From contig UYFQ01000265.1 of assembly GCA_900617105.1 (NCBI GenBank), positions 62,001 through 126,000 on the forward strand: a stretch of DNA of 64,000 nucleotides, in the 5' to 3' direction. Position numbers and translations under genes: made by a program. Shown here one piece after another: positions 1-13,866 of the stretch. The stretch is from Hydrurus foetidus. Taxonomy: Eukaryota. Within the stretch, counting starts at the first letter, position 1. Each line of letters starts with the position of its first letter. The notes beneath the pieces were generated by a model. That model was not told the DNA's origin and made no database searches. It saw nothing but the letters and a program-made list of their open reading frames with translations.

Positions 1-622
1 TTGTCCAGATTATATGGCACTGAAAAGTGTAGATTAGTTTCATCTGAATTAGATGGTACTTCCTCAATATTGATGTTTCATCTCGTGAGTATAGTAATTT
101 ACACAGCCAATAGGGATGGTTTAAGAGTTCACTTGATAAACATGTCTCATGATTCCTACTCGGATGAATCAAAAAGAGTACTCACAAATTGCAGGAGGAA
201 ACCATCACTTTAAATGATCGGTTCACTGCGGCATGCAGTGTCTTGAACAATGTCACGAATAAATCTTGCATTGTGATGGGGCTCTAGAGTGTATCAATGT
301 CGATACGAAAGGTATCAGTATCGAGTAGGTACTGAAGTCTTTTTCCCTGTACGATACGTTACAGTATGTTACGATACGGTACTACAATGATAAGAGAGCA
401 AACCTGTCACCTTTCCGTCCATAGGAATATGATACATAGCTTCCAAAAATTATTATATTACATTCCAATTATTACATGACTGAAATAAACGATTATCGCG
501 CAGGTGATAAACATCGGAATTTTCTTCCTGTATGCCATCGGTTTCGCTATTTAACACATGTGCAATACTATCTACAGACAGGCATCTTGTGCTGTCGTCA
601 ACATCACCGAACATCATTGAGA

Positions 623-1698
623 TTATAAAATCTTATTCAGAAATGTGTCCATCTCATCCCCTAAAAAGCCTCCTTTTTCCTCCACTTTGTCGTGGATATC
701 CAGTACGGTCTTCTCATAGTTGCCAACTGGTGCCGATAATTTAAATGTGCAGAGCATTTTGGAAGCTGCCTCGTAATTTGGACCGACAGTGAATATTTCG
801 TGACTTAGATCATTCAAGCAAAGGATTCCTTTGTCTCCAAGTGCCTCCTCAACGGCTAAATTATCAGACAGAGGCTTTCTGCCACCGGAAATGTTTGCAT
901 ATGCTCGTCTATGCACTAGTTCAATTACTGATTTGTTGGTGACGTAGCCGTACGCCAAATAAGCGTCAAAAGCCTTGAGGTGCTCTGAGAAAGGAAAGAA
1001 AGGAGTTTCATAGGTCCATTAGTCTCGTCGGTTTAATGAGTTTAGAAATTGGATGATATGATCTTCTATGTTTAGTAGTTAAAGCAGAGTAGACATCATG
1101 AGGCGTAATATAGATGCTTACCGATGTGCTTCTCGTCAAGGATGCTGAAAGTCGCGTCGTATTTGTGATTCAGATTCATTTTGCGAAGCTCCGCTTTAAT
1201 CTCATCTGAAGCGTGACGGCCAGAGTGAATTCTGATTACGAGTCCGACTGTGTTTTTTATTGAGTTTTTAGGAACGTTTGGATGATTGCGCTTTTCAGCA
1301 TCACGCTTTCTTCTTTGCATTTTATTCTGAGATCCCTCTTTCTGCATGAAACGTAAAGTTGCACTTGTCAGCTACTCATTGCATATTCGTCAGTATTATG
1401 CATTATGTCACCCACGTCGGCAAATTATGGCAGACTTACAATCCGGAACTCCCTCAAAAACTGTTCTGGTCGTTTGATTCGAACATCCTCCCCACGCACA
1501 ACTCTTTTTCTCTGTGAAATTAGTAAAAGAGGGTTACACGTCTGTGTTGTTTTGGAAATAATCTGTGCAGTAATGTCCCTGAGTCACCTTATTCTGGACT
1601 TTTACAGTTATGGAGCGTCGATGGGTGAGTTCATCGAGAGTTCTGCGACTTTTCAGCAAAGTTTCGGAGACTAATGGCGGTGCTGAAGGATCGTACAT
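623..1698 (-). CDS. Ribosomal protein L7 (uL30)-family protein, divergent, probably the Rlp7/RPL7L1 ribosome-biogenesis paralogue; 4 exons
   Basis: Spliced translation: MYDPSAPPLVSETLLKSRR / RKRVVRGEDVRIKRPEQFLREFRI / KEGSQ..GLVIRIHSGR / YLAYGYVTNKSVIELVHRRAY..PLSDNLAVEEALGDKGILCLNDLSHEIFTVGPNY..FKLSAP..GGFLG. These are L7 motifs but diverge from canonical RPL7. Confidence 0.85.
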
Positions 1699-2527
1699 TT
1701 CAAGTTTTTCGTTGATCACTACAGAGAGACTTTCTTCCGATTTGCTTCACAATGCTTGTTAATACGATGATTATCCCAACACAGTGGCAATGCCAGTAAC
1801 ATCTCAACTGGTGGCTGTCTGTGTGTTGTTTGTGGATCTTGAATTACTGCCGCACTATAAATAAGTACGATGCTACACACGCATATAAAAGCAATAATTG
1901 TACTTTAAATTAATTGTCAATTAATTACAATTATTTTTTAGCAACTACTTACTGTTTGAGCTGGGCAATCGAATTCCAATTAAAATTTCCTTGCCGATAA
2001 TTGCAATCATTAATTGCACGAAAAGACCAATTATTGTCTTGGAAACTGCCAATTATTGTACAATTAATTGTATGCTCATATCCAATTTATTGCTTAGTAT
2101 TATCCACTTATTTGTATTGTAGTATTAGATATCCATGGAATTCAACAACAACATCCATTCCATCCTCTATTTGGACTGTGAACTCCTTCACTTTCTGGAT
2201 GATACTGTTGATTTTTCTATTGAAAATGAACGGATTATGTACCGCTCTCAGAAGGAGCACAGCGAGGTAACATAAGCTAACTGTGGCTGATAGAAATGGA
2301 AGCAGTTCTGCTGCTGGTCCAATAACTCATGTTGAACGACATGCGAAAATTGTCGAAGTCATGATTTTGAACAGAGTTGGCAAGGAAACGAATTGTTGAC
2401 TAGAAAGTCGGTTGGAGACACAAACTCTTTAAGTGGTAAAAGTATACATGACACTTACATGAAAAGGTAAGACTATCTAGAAAATATGTTAGAAGTTGTT
2501 TGATTCCGACATTAATATGTGAGGTTT

Positions 2528-3480
2528 TTAAGCGGTAGTTGCGGCGTCGAACCCGGCCTTCTTCTCTTTCACCCATCCTGTGCCGCCAACAGAAGAGATG
2601 CAAGGAGTTTTTCTCACGTAAGGGAATCCAGCGTCAGTTACAGCGCCGAGGCAGAAAGCAGCAACGTCGGCGCGCATGATGGATCCAGCCTGACCGTCGA
2701 TGACATTGATGACGCCGGTAGGTGCTCCTAGTCCGAGTCCACCGGGTCTCACAATGCAATACCTGTAACATATACATTTATGTATGATGTAGAATCTGTT
2801 TAGAAAGGTATGGTATTGAAAGTCATGTGGTGTTGATTCGTAAGTTTCGGAAAGATGACTAACTCAAGTTCGTGACCAGGGCCTTCGGGTGACAAGAACA
2901 GCTTCTCCTGGTTGTTCTTATCAGTGAAAATGCCCTTCATGACCGTCCACATAAGAGCCTTGAACATCAGTGGGGCTTGCTGCTCACTGTCTCCAGCTCC
3001 GATGGAAGTGACAACCGATATTCTTTTGGATGAGGACTTCTTTTTCATGCCATTAATAATGCAAGTTGTCCCGTCTGTGAGCATTGTTGGACCAACATCT
3101 TTTGTTTTTCCGCCTAGCGCAACAACAACACCAGAGATATCACCGGACGCGAAGACTGCGTCAACATCCTGTTGGTTAGTGACGTCACCCTTGATCACTT
3201 TAAGTCTAGCGTCGGTCAATAGAGAGTCGCCTTTTGCCCCTCCTGATCCAGTTGGAATCAACATTCTTGCTGGATCTCTGGCTAGAACCACCACATTCGC
3301 TCCGGAGTTTAGGGCTTGGTAGACAACCTCTCTTCCAGTGGCACCCGTGCCACCAAATACTGCAATTGTGTTCGCCATTGAAATCGATGACTTTCTGGTA
3401 ATGATGGGCGAGTTGCTTGTGAAACCAGCCACGAGGCACAATGCACTGAGTGCTGCAACGGCATGAAAGAGACCAGTCAT
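2528..3480 (-). CDS. NAD(P)-binding Rossmann-fold protein (flavin/biliverdin IX-beta reductase-like) with a probable bipartite plastid presequence; intron 2763-2863
   Basis: IAVFGGTGATG nucleotide-binding motif, VIKGDVT, VVVALG, DKNNQE, and YCIVRPGGL across the splice junction. The hydrophobic N-terminus ends VAG|FTS and is followed by an S/T/R/K-rich stretch. Confidence 0.85.
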
Positions 3481-3907
3481 TCTGTCTTAATATGTTTTCT
3501 GGTAATTTCCCTATGCTGCTTCTAGGATGACTGTACGCAGCCAACCTCCTGCAAAGTGCTTCAACGAAATCGAAGCAAGAAAGCGCGCGGTGACACCTCG
3601 CGCGCGCGCGTTCTTTTGGAACAATCTGCTGCATTTACCATTTTTGAGAAATAACCGTAAGTAGGATCATTTTACAGACAAGCAAGTATGTACTCCTTGA
3701 CGATGGGTACGTACCTTTAGCTTTTTTTAACGGTAAGATCTTTTCAGTAGCACCATAGTATGTCAAGATGAAGATGTCTGAAGATAAGCTGCTCAGCTCT
3801 GTGGTTTAGCACCTCATAGGAATAGTGTTTATCCATCATGGGTCTGCTGTCAGCGCAGACTGTATGTGATGAAATTAATTACATTATGACACGGGTGAAG
3901 AGTAATC

Positions 3908-5387
3908 TCACTCATCCTGGACTACTTCTCCCTCTTCTTCTTCTTCTCCCTCTTCCGCTTCTCCTTCTTCTGCAGAACCTTCCGCAGTACGTTTCCTCAA
4001 ATAGCTGCTTGAATAGCTCGGATTATTTTCTACACAGATGTTCTTCTCAGAAGAAGTGACGTCATCAGAACGATCAGTTGTGCCTGGACGATCCGACCAA
4101 ATGTCATCACCAATTTTAAATCCTCCGGGTAGGGTCCCTTCAGCATTGTCCTCCATTTCATCCTCAAAATAATAATCACCATCGTCATGATCATCATCCT
4201 CGTCAAAATCTTCTTCTTCATCTTCTTCTATTTCATCGTAACCTCTACATAAAGTGGAATATTCTTCACCTTGCTCGAAGTACGAACCGGTAATAACTAT
4301 CAACACATTCAACGAAGCAATCTGCACGTCAAAATCACAGTCATCCTCATCAGCAGATGCTCTAAGCTGTGAGCATCTCCTGTACAGCTCACGCAGCAGC
4401 GAAGCCATAGTTCGGTCCAGCGGTTTCTCTAATCGGGCCAGCAGTCCGTACAGCCACTGCCCTCTCGCAGAGCTGACCGACTCTCTGGGGTGGAATAGTA
4501 AACAAAAGAAGATGAGACACGACTAGCAATATATTATCACGACACTTAGGCAGAAATTTCTGATATTGCACTAGCTATCTCAGCTCAGAATATGAGTTAG
4601 CTACGTGCGTACAACCAATTGTGTACCTGCCCTCCAGCCAGGACACTTGATAACCAAGAATCCTCTGCGTCATGACCTGGTCAAATTGCAGTAACAAAGT
4701 CGTTGTAGGCAAAGAATCTACAGCACCGCCCCACACCGCATAATTTGTTTGCACGCTGTGCTTCGTTGCAGCACCGTTACTACCATCCGCACTACCCTCA
4801 GCGTCGCTATCATTATGATCTTCTTGATCTTCAGGAGCACTTACTACGATATCACCATTCCCAAATGAAGTCTCCAAAATTTTTGACAGCTCCAGCTTCC
4901 GTTGCTCAAAATCATAACTGTTCTCATCGACGTCCATTCCTCCATGCATACTGGAGCTAGATTTCACAGGCAATATTTCTGATGCCTCATGTTGATATTC
5001 AGAGTCGAGGCAGAACTTACGCCAAGCCTGCTCATCTTTCAACTGCGGAACGACCAACTTCCTCTCACGGGACCCTTCTGATAAGCTTAGACGTGCCAGT
5101 AATGCACGGAGATCTGAAAATGCTGAGATGACATCTCTTTCCCATTCTGCACTTGGGAGAAGATGCTCGGGGCATGTGCATACTTCTTCAATTTCGGGCA
5201 TGTACTTTGTTTGTCTTCCAGCATAGATAGTTGAATCAACATTTGCAGTGAAAACGTCAGGAAGCTCGTTGGCTTGATATCGCACCCACGAAAGGTACTG
5301 TTCTGCAGTCATATTAGAAATGTCACCGGTATCCTCGACGCTGGAATCAAATGCCACGTAGTCCATGACGGGAAGAGCCTTTTCCAT
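3908..5387 (-). CDS. GEMIN2: Gemin2 (SMN-interacting protein 1); intron 4485-4626; acidic C-terminal tail
   Basis: TAEQYLSWVRYQANELPDV, PSAEWERDVISAFSDLR, P....EQAWRKFC, and exon 2 GQWLYGLLARLEKPL..ASLLRELYRRC..LNVLIVITGSYFEQ are Gemin2 hallmark blocks. Confidence 0.85.
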
Positions 5388-5826
5388 CGCAGCAAGACTT
5401 GAGTTTCACTCCAAGATATGGTAGCGCATCGAATGCCTCTTGAGACCTCCGATTCTTCGTTGATCCGAGTGTCAAACAAGCAAACAAGCACTCAAGGTAA
5501 TGGAGTACTAAATAAACTTCCATCAACAACATCAACTTTATATGATCCATCACACATATCACACCATTCCATCTTCTCGATTTGGCACTCTATTAGACCT
5601 GGTGACATGAATTCGCAAAAGGTAGTACTAGAGACATTCACACAGTATCAGGGATGGTTTTATCGAGATGGCGAAGGCACGCGGCAAACGCATCCCAGAA
5701 TGTGAAGAATGCGGCATATTCCAACTTCTGAGGTACGGTCGGTCGCGCTGGCTAGTACTGTAATGACAGAAAGGGTATCAGCATCTTAGCTTGACAAATT
5801 GGGTCTCGGCCGACTCCGCAATTTGC

Positions 5827-8800
5827 ATGGTCTCCGTGAATTTGACCCTGCTCTCTGCTACTATCTCATTTCTGCTCCGAACACATCTTTCGGCGGAGAA
5901 GACGGGTAATACCAAGCGTTATCTGAGACTCAAGTTCGATGGTGGTTCTAGGGGCATCAATGCGCTCGGCAGTGGTGGTGCGATTCTGCATGAATGCTTC
6001 AGCAGCATCACAGACGGTTTTAATGCTGTAGCTGCTACAAATCTGAACAAAGGAGTTCTCGTTAGTGAAGAACCAGATGACCTAATAATGCCTAGGTATC
6101 CCACGAACACTTCAGTTCTGAATAGACCATGTTCAGCACAGTTCGTTGAAGAAACGGCAGACTCAACGATTGAAGTCGAGCTATGGCGCGGCTCCTTCTT
6201 TTTTGGGGACGGAATCTCTAGTCATGTTGCGGAGTATTTATCATTGATAGAGGGTCTCTATGCGGTTAGGAGTGCAATCAGATTAGGCATGGGCTCACTC
6301 ATAGAAGGTGCAAGAAACCACGAAATGTTTGGGCTGGTGGATTCTCTCATATCTCCTGGTTGTACCACGGACAACTACGATAGGAACATTGAAGACACAC
6401 GCACTCAGAGAAGCGATGATATCAATGGGAAGCAAGAAGTATTGGATAGTTCAAATTACTCGATTTTAGTTCAAGGTGATTCAGAGATTTTGGTCAAAAA
6501 TTTAGTAAATGGCTATGAACCAAGAAATAAAGATTTGCGGTCTCCACACATCTTGGCAGCTTCGCTACTGAAGTCTCTTACAAAAATTGACGTGAAAGGT
6601 GAAGAACTGCATCGATTGCAACATTCCGCGTATTCCTTACGTCACATTCCTAGAAAAAAGAACATTCTTGCAGATGCTTTGGCGACCCAGGGAATATTCT
6701 CAAGGAAGACCAGAAGCATCATTCCAATCGAATATGAGTCACCTTTTTCTTCTACTAAAATTGAGATGAATCAGAATCATGAGGACCTTCAGATAAATAG
6801 GAAAGCAGTTGTGACTGAGTCAGAACGTGACATGTATTCTGTCGATCCTGTAATTTCCCATGATGATTATGAGGGGAATAAGAGAAATTTAATAGCAAAA
6901 AATGTTGAAGAAAATTACGGCGGGATGTATTTTATCAAAATTCTCAGTAGTAAAGTACCCAAACACTGCCAATCTCATTTCCTGGGTTACGCCTTGTCTT
7001 GTAGTGTTGGTGACATTTCAATGAACATTCCTGTGACATTTGATTCGAATACTAAAATGAAAAGAACGTTCCTAGGAGTCAAAACTTTTCAGAAAAAAAT
7101 ACAGAATCCGAATATTCGTGTGACTGGAACTCCGTCAGATGAAAAAGATGGTGGTGATGAAAGTGATATCGATAATATAGTGTGTATCGATAATTTTCAA
7201 TTTTCCAACGAATTCAATACAGAAAAAGTAACATTAAAATTGTCAAAAATCAAGAATGTCAATTTGAATCTCAATTCAAGTACAGAACAAATCGGTACCA
7301 GAAGTGACCTGGATGACTGCGCAGTAGAGATTGCGGAAGATGATGAGATGTCGAGTAGCGTGTCAATCAATGGGGATTTACGTATTGAAACAATTGGTGG
7401 TGGAACTGTTCAATTTTGCGTGGAATTAGGTCCAAGAATCGACCATTTTGACACCAAAAAGGAAGACCTAAAACGTGATTCTAAAACAGAAGAAGGAGAA
7501 TGTAAAGGCGAATATTATAATGACGATATAATAAACAGGAGACAGAGACAAGTAGAGAAGAGCGATTCAGATAGTCATCATTGCGATTTATTACACAGGC
7601 AGTACTACATCTCCCTACCGCTACCTGCACCTCAATCTCCACCCCTCGTCCCCACCTATCTCCGTGACGCACTCACGTTAAACCCCTCCCACCTCTCTTC
7701 TATCGTCCTAGACAATAGTACAGCACATCCATATAAACCACAGAACAATTATACGGAATCTGCAGGCATAGAGATCCAAGGTCCTGAATTGAATGATCCA
7801 CATGACGTACTTCATTTGGAAGTTCAACTGAATTACCACGATATATCCAGTCTCAGGTCAGCGGCCGCAACCGTTCTTTCCATTATCTCCGTACATACAA
7901 TAGAAAAATTAAATCCAAAGTTCTCATTCTATGTTTCATAATGATCTGATCCAATTTTCGAAGTCGTCATTTCTCTCCAATTGTAATTTCTTCTTTACTA
8001 ATTTAAAGCCTTCTCTTCTTTTATCTCGTCTTGTCTTCTCTCATTTTACCTTACTCTTTTACTCTATTCATCGGACCTTACTGCTTGACTTAGCGGACCT
8101 TCCTGCCTGATCCCGTATCTTTGCAGTGGAGTTTATCCGGAAGTAGAGAATAGTGCGTACATGGTATGTATCGTACCGTTCATGTAATTGCCTGTGCGTC
8201 TGTCTGTCTTTCTGACTGACTGTTCTGACTGGGTGTCCATGTTTCTATCGGCAAATGAGAGTAATCCACGCATTCAATCTTTTATCTCCTTTCATTTTTA
8301 TTTTTTTCTATCTTCACTTTTATTTTTTTTCCTTTTTCATTATTTTTTTTCTAATTTTTTTCTTCAGCTTCAAGAGTTTTTACTTGCTTTGTCCAGGAGA
8401 AATTTATTGGAGAAAATTATGAATACTCAAATAGACGAAAAAAATGGGTTATATCCTCTTGAGTTAGCCTTATTAGAAGGGAAAAGTCGAGCTTTCAAGC
8501 AACTTCTTTTATTCGGAGGAAATTGGGTAGACTTGAGAAAAAATAGAAATGTTAGGAATATCAAGAATGTTAGGAACGTTTCTGCGGAATGTTCTTCAGC
8601 TTCTAGTCGAGGAGAATATTCGGGGAACATTCTTCATGCAGCTGTGTTAGGAGATCAAATATCTTCCCTTTGCTATTTAATAAAATGGATCACAACTTGT
8701 GGTAATGATATTCCAACGGATGGAGTCAAGGCGACCAAGAGTCCAAGGTCCGAATGCTCTCTGTTGACGTACTTACTGGAAGGCACTGATTTGGAGGGCA

Positions 8801-9295
8801 GGACGCCAGTTGAATTAGCGCTGATAAAGAATAAGGTAGACGAATATTTTGGAGGAGACTTCTTTTTTTCCTGTGATTGTAATATTTAGTTGCTGATTGA
8901 GGACGCATATCGTGAGATAGATAAGATATGATGTCATAATGTGATTCGTAGCAAGTGTTCAATTATACAGAAAACTGAATGCGATGATCCATGCAATGTT
9001 CCATGATACTGATGACGATTGTATGCGGTTGTTGGCGGGATACTTTGTTAAGCCACATAAGGTTAGATGGACATTGATGCACTTAATCTCCGTTTTTCTA
9101 TTTCACACTTACACTTCATCTCACGTTATTGCTTTTATAATATGTTAACATTGTCTATGTTACAAAGCAGTATTTACACGCTTTGAAAATCGTACGTTAC
9201 GGTGACGCTCTCTCTGTACACTTATCGTTTGATTTCAGACTCCTGTTTTCTCAAAACTGCAGGCTATGCACAAAGAACTTCTGAAATATTTCTGA
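5827..9295 (+). CDS. RNase HI-like domain protein with C-terminal ankyrin-like repeats; inferred exons ~5827-7856, 8094-8163, 8368-8835, 9239-9295
   Basis: RNase HI motifs FDGGSRG, SHVAEYLSLIEGL, VQGDSEILV, HIPRKKNILADALA. Ankyrin-like GLYPLELALLEG, GNILHAAVLG, EGRTPVELA. GT-AG joins keep the frame. Confidence 0.7.
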
Positions 9296-9846
9296 AGCTC
9301 CACGCTAGCCTCATCGAAGTACCGCACTGTGGAGCACTGTACTATACCGTAACGTACCATACCGCACTGTAAAGTGCGGTATTATGCTCCAGCAACCTTT
9401 TACCTAGGAGTTCTTTTTTTAAGCAACTGAATCATCTGTCAGTAATATAATTCAATTCTGTGGCATCGACTCTTTCTGTGCTCGAAAGGGAACGCATATT
9501 TCGTTTCTAAAGTCATTGAAATATCGTGCAGTGTCATCAAGTTTCCGGATTTATGGTGCGAAGCCAAAATCCGTATTTTCCGGCTAGGAAATCATAGAGT
9601 ATGTTACGGCTATCTACCGATTTTTTGAAAATATTTGAATTTTTTTGAAATCATCCAAAATGTGAGATCGAAGAGGTTGGAAACTGCTATCTCAGTCGAA
9701 CACAAACTATCCATTTGAAAGCTACCCAAAGCGCAACTCTGTGGAAATTTACCTCTTTGACCGTCTGAAGTCTCGTGAGATACTACGGCTTCTGACCGAG
9801 GAAATTGCAAAATACTCTCAACGAAAAAAATCATCTGAAGTCGGTC

Positions 9847-12800
9847 ATGTATTCAACAAGAAGCTCCGCAAGTCGGGAGAGTACTGACGGTCCATCCCTA
9901 GAGGTCAGTAAAGAAATGCCACATGCAATTTACGCAATCTTTAGCGCCTCATGCACGATGTGCGCTTACGAAAATACGACTCTTCATTATCACAGGATGC
10001 CACATACGGTGACGACGCTTACGACACATCACCGGTACAGCCCGAAGCCTCTCGAGGAAAGCGAAGGGGTCATTCAATACTGCACGGTGTAAAAGAGCCT
10101 CCTCCAAGTTCCAGGCTACGGCGCACCTCAACTTCTCAACCTGGATCAAACAAGAGCTACATTGAACTTGACTCTGACGATGAAAGCTTCTACATTGATC
10201 AAACGAGCAATGGTCGCGGACCAGTAGGCGTTACCGAATCATCGCGACAAGCATCGAGTCGATCGGCACGTCTTGAAAGCGGTCACCAAAGGAAAGCTGA
10301 CGCGGCTGAGAAGATGGATGAGAGTCGGCCCACCAGGAGCGGAAGAAGTAGACCGTCAGAACAAGAAGACTTCGGGTCAAATCTGAAGAGAACAAGAATC
10401 ATCGACCGGAAAGATGCTCCGCCACCTGTTGAAAAGAGGCGGAGAGTCGCCGATATAGCACCAAAGGAGGAAGTGGTTGAGGAAGATGAAGAGGAGGTCG
10501 ATGAAGATCAAGACGACGAGGAGGAAGAAGAAGAAGAAGACACCAGTCGCAAGTACAGTCTCAGGGACCGAGACTCCTCGAAGAGAGAAACGATGAACAT
10601 CAGCGTACTGGGAGGGGATGGTGGAGGATATGCGAGGAGGTCGAGTCACAGCACTGTTCGTTCTCTGCGTCCTGGTGGTGAGCACGTCACTGTCGTGCAG
10701 CCCCGTATGTACCTGGGGGGCAAGATTCCTAACTTCGCTCATGCACGTTACCGCCGCTCCAACTCGCGTCACCATAAGAGTCACGGTGATAGCACTCGAA
10801 GGCACTACGACAGCTCCAGTGACAGCAGCAGCGACGACAGAGACAATGCGAGAAGAGGAGGTAGCAATTCGAACAGGCACAACAACAACGGTCACACAGG
10901 AGGGGGGAACGAAGATGCGCAATTCAACCGATATGAAATGGAACGTTTGCAGGCTGAGAGGGACTCTGTGCTGCCCTTATCGATGGGTTCATTGGGTGCA
11001 GGGGGCGGAGACATGGGCATGGGAGGGTCACTGAGAGACAAGGCTTCACAAAGAGACATGTTACGTGCCGATGCCGCTCCAGTGGCAGTCGATCCTAAAC
11101 TGGGCTTTCAATCTATAGGAGGTCTTGAAAAACACGTTCAAGCACTCAAGGAAATGGTAGTGCTTCCGTTATTGTATCCTGACGTATTTCAACGATTCGA
11201 TACCCAGCCCCCCAGGGGGGTACTTTTTGTCGGCCCGCCCGGAACGGGTAAGACCCTAACGGCCAGGGCACTTGCTAACTCCGTCACAATGAGTGCAGCA
11301 CAGGGTGGAAGAAAGGTGTCTTTCTTCATGCGGAAGGGTGCAGATTGTTTGTCTAAATGGGTTGGGGAGGGAGAGAGACAGTTGAGGCTACTTTTTGAGC
11401 AGGCCAAAAGATATCAGCCTTCTATTATTTTCTTTGACGAAATTGATGGATTAGCTCCAGTGAGGTTAGCGTGTACTTAATATAGTTCTCTATTTTAATT
11501 CAACATTCCACATACTAGTATTGCATTGCATGTGTGCGCAATATGGCTTAGTATTGTGATCTGTTGTATTATTGTTTACCGCATTGAATCGTATCATATC
11601 ATTCTACTGTACAGTTTTGTTGCGTATGGTATTGTATTTTATTGGATTGATTTGATTATTCTTGTACTGCGCTGCATTTCCTTGTGTTACATTTTGATGT
11701 GTCGTATTGCGTAGCTCACTTCTCTCTCCCTCAATATCACCATTACTCCCGTATAGATCCGTGAAGCAAGATCAGATCCACGCATCCATCGTCTCCACTC
11801 TCCTAGCTCTCATGGATGGGTTGGACGCAAGAGGACAGGTACAGTAATGTAACGTACTGTACATTAGTACATGCACCACCCATCTAGATATGTAGCTACC
11901 CATCATCTCTCATGCTACTGATGCTTTTCTCTCACTCCTTCCTCTCCTGCTTGTTTCTTACTACTCCTATTCTTGGCGTTATTTTCGACTACGCTGAGCG
12001 TCTTCAATCAATGTCTCCTCTTTTTCTCCGACCATGTCATTTATTCAAATCAACTCATACCAAACCAAATTTTAAATTGTTCGCTCTCAACAACAATGCA
12101 ATACCTCTCCACCACAACTCTTCACATTTCCCTCTACATTCTTCTGTGTCACGTACGTATATACAGGTTGTCGTTATCGGAGCCACGAATCGGCCGGATG
12201 CAATCGACCCGGCTCTCCGTAGACCCGGCAGATTTGACCGTGAGCTCTTTTTTCCTTTACCGGATGCCCGGGCAAGATCGGCCATTATTGAAATTAACAC
12301 AGGTGATATTTTGTCAGGGAGTGTCAGTGTTGTATGAAGTGATGAGTTGCGATGTAACGTAGAATGCACGGTCTGCATAGGACCTACGTACCACCATTCT
12401 TTCACACAGCGTTACACAACGCACCTCAACAGTACCGAACGGAAAAAAAACAAAATAAAATAAAATAAAACATAACATAATATAACACAACACGACATTA
12501 GAAACATCATCTCAATCACCTCATCTACACCCCACAAACACCCACACCTTAGGATCATGGCAACCCCCATTATCTCGTACACTGAAAGACTGGATAGTCG
12601 GCAGCACAGCGGGTTACTGCGGTGCAGATCTTAAGGCGCTGTGCGCTGAGGCTGCTCTTGTTTCCCTCAGGAGATCCTACCCTCAGGTGTGTAATCTGTG
12701 GATCCTAGGTTCATGCCTAACTTTTCTTTTTTTCTTTTTATGTCGTGTTGATTATTTATATACTCCACATCCTTTCCCAACACAAAGTCCTCTCCATTTG

Positions 12801-13764
12801 TATCTGTTCCAATAATGACATATCTCAATTTCGTCCATTTTCATTTCCTACTTTTCCCCCGAAGGTCTACGAATCTACCACTAGACTGGATCTAGACCCC
12901 ACACGCCTCATACTCGGCAAAGGAGACTTTGCAGCAGCACTGAACAAAATCATACCGGCATCCCGTAGAGGGGTTACGGGATCTCCGGCCAAATCACTGG
13001 ACAGCATAGCGGCTACTTTGCTCAAGAGTACGCTTGAGAAAGTTATGGTTAAGATTAGGAGTTTACTACCAATTAGTGACAGTGAAAGTTTTATGAGTGA
13101 CGTCATCGAGAATGGAAGTGCAATTTCCGCGACAAGTACCATGGACCTCGATCTGGAATCTGTGAAGGCAGAAAGGCACACTAAAAGAGTTGGGCAAGAA
13201 AGACTTAATCTCGAGAATATCTCTACTTCAAGCGAAGCATGGATAGCTGCGCTGACAGACATACAAGAAAATGACTCGTTAGGATCGTCGGGATTGTCGG
13301 GTATAGATGGTACGGAATCTGAAGGTCCAGGCTCTGCACGTACAAGTACAGACTCATCTCTCTGGGACACTGCAAGCGTTACGTCTCATCCCCGATTGTT
13401 CATTGCCGGATACAAGGGAGCTGGTCAGTCTGAATTAGCTGCGGCAGCTCTGGAGAAGTTAGAGGGAATTCCGTGTTTTTCCATTGATTATCCAGGCTTG
13501 TTGGCGGATTTAAATGCACAGTAAGTGGGTGTGTTGTCTCATCTGTTGTATCACAATTATTTTATGTGTTTCGAAAGAGTATTTGTGGGTGACAGTTATG
13601 TTTACGAGAATTTTAGATCTGATCGAAAATGATTCGCTCTTGTCTCATACCGCGCCTCCTAGCATCTGACACGTACTCTCTCACTTCAAACCTTCTCTTA
13701 CTCTTTGTGCGTCCACGTGTGGTTGTTTTTCACCTTAGCACACAAACATACATACATACATACA

Positions 13765-13798
<34 letters not shown>

Positions 13799-13832
13799 CA
13801 TGCATATATATATACATACATACATACATACA

Positions 13833-13866
<34 letters not shown>

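Noticed and set aside
1..213. ORF at the window start
   Set aside because: No recognisable motif and no ATG start; cannot be supported as coding.
9360..9383. Perfect hairpin ATACCGCACT-GTAA-AGTGCGGTAT after the RNase H gene stop
   Set aside because: Sits in a short taccgcactgt repeat cluster, and intrinsic terminators do not apply to Pol II genes; no function can be supported.
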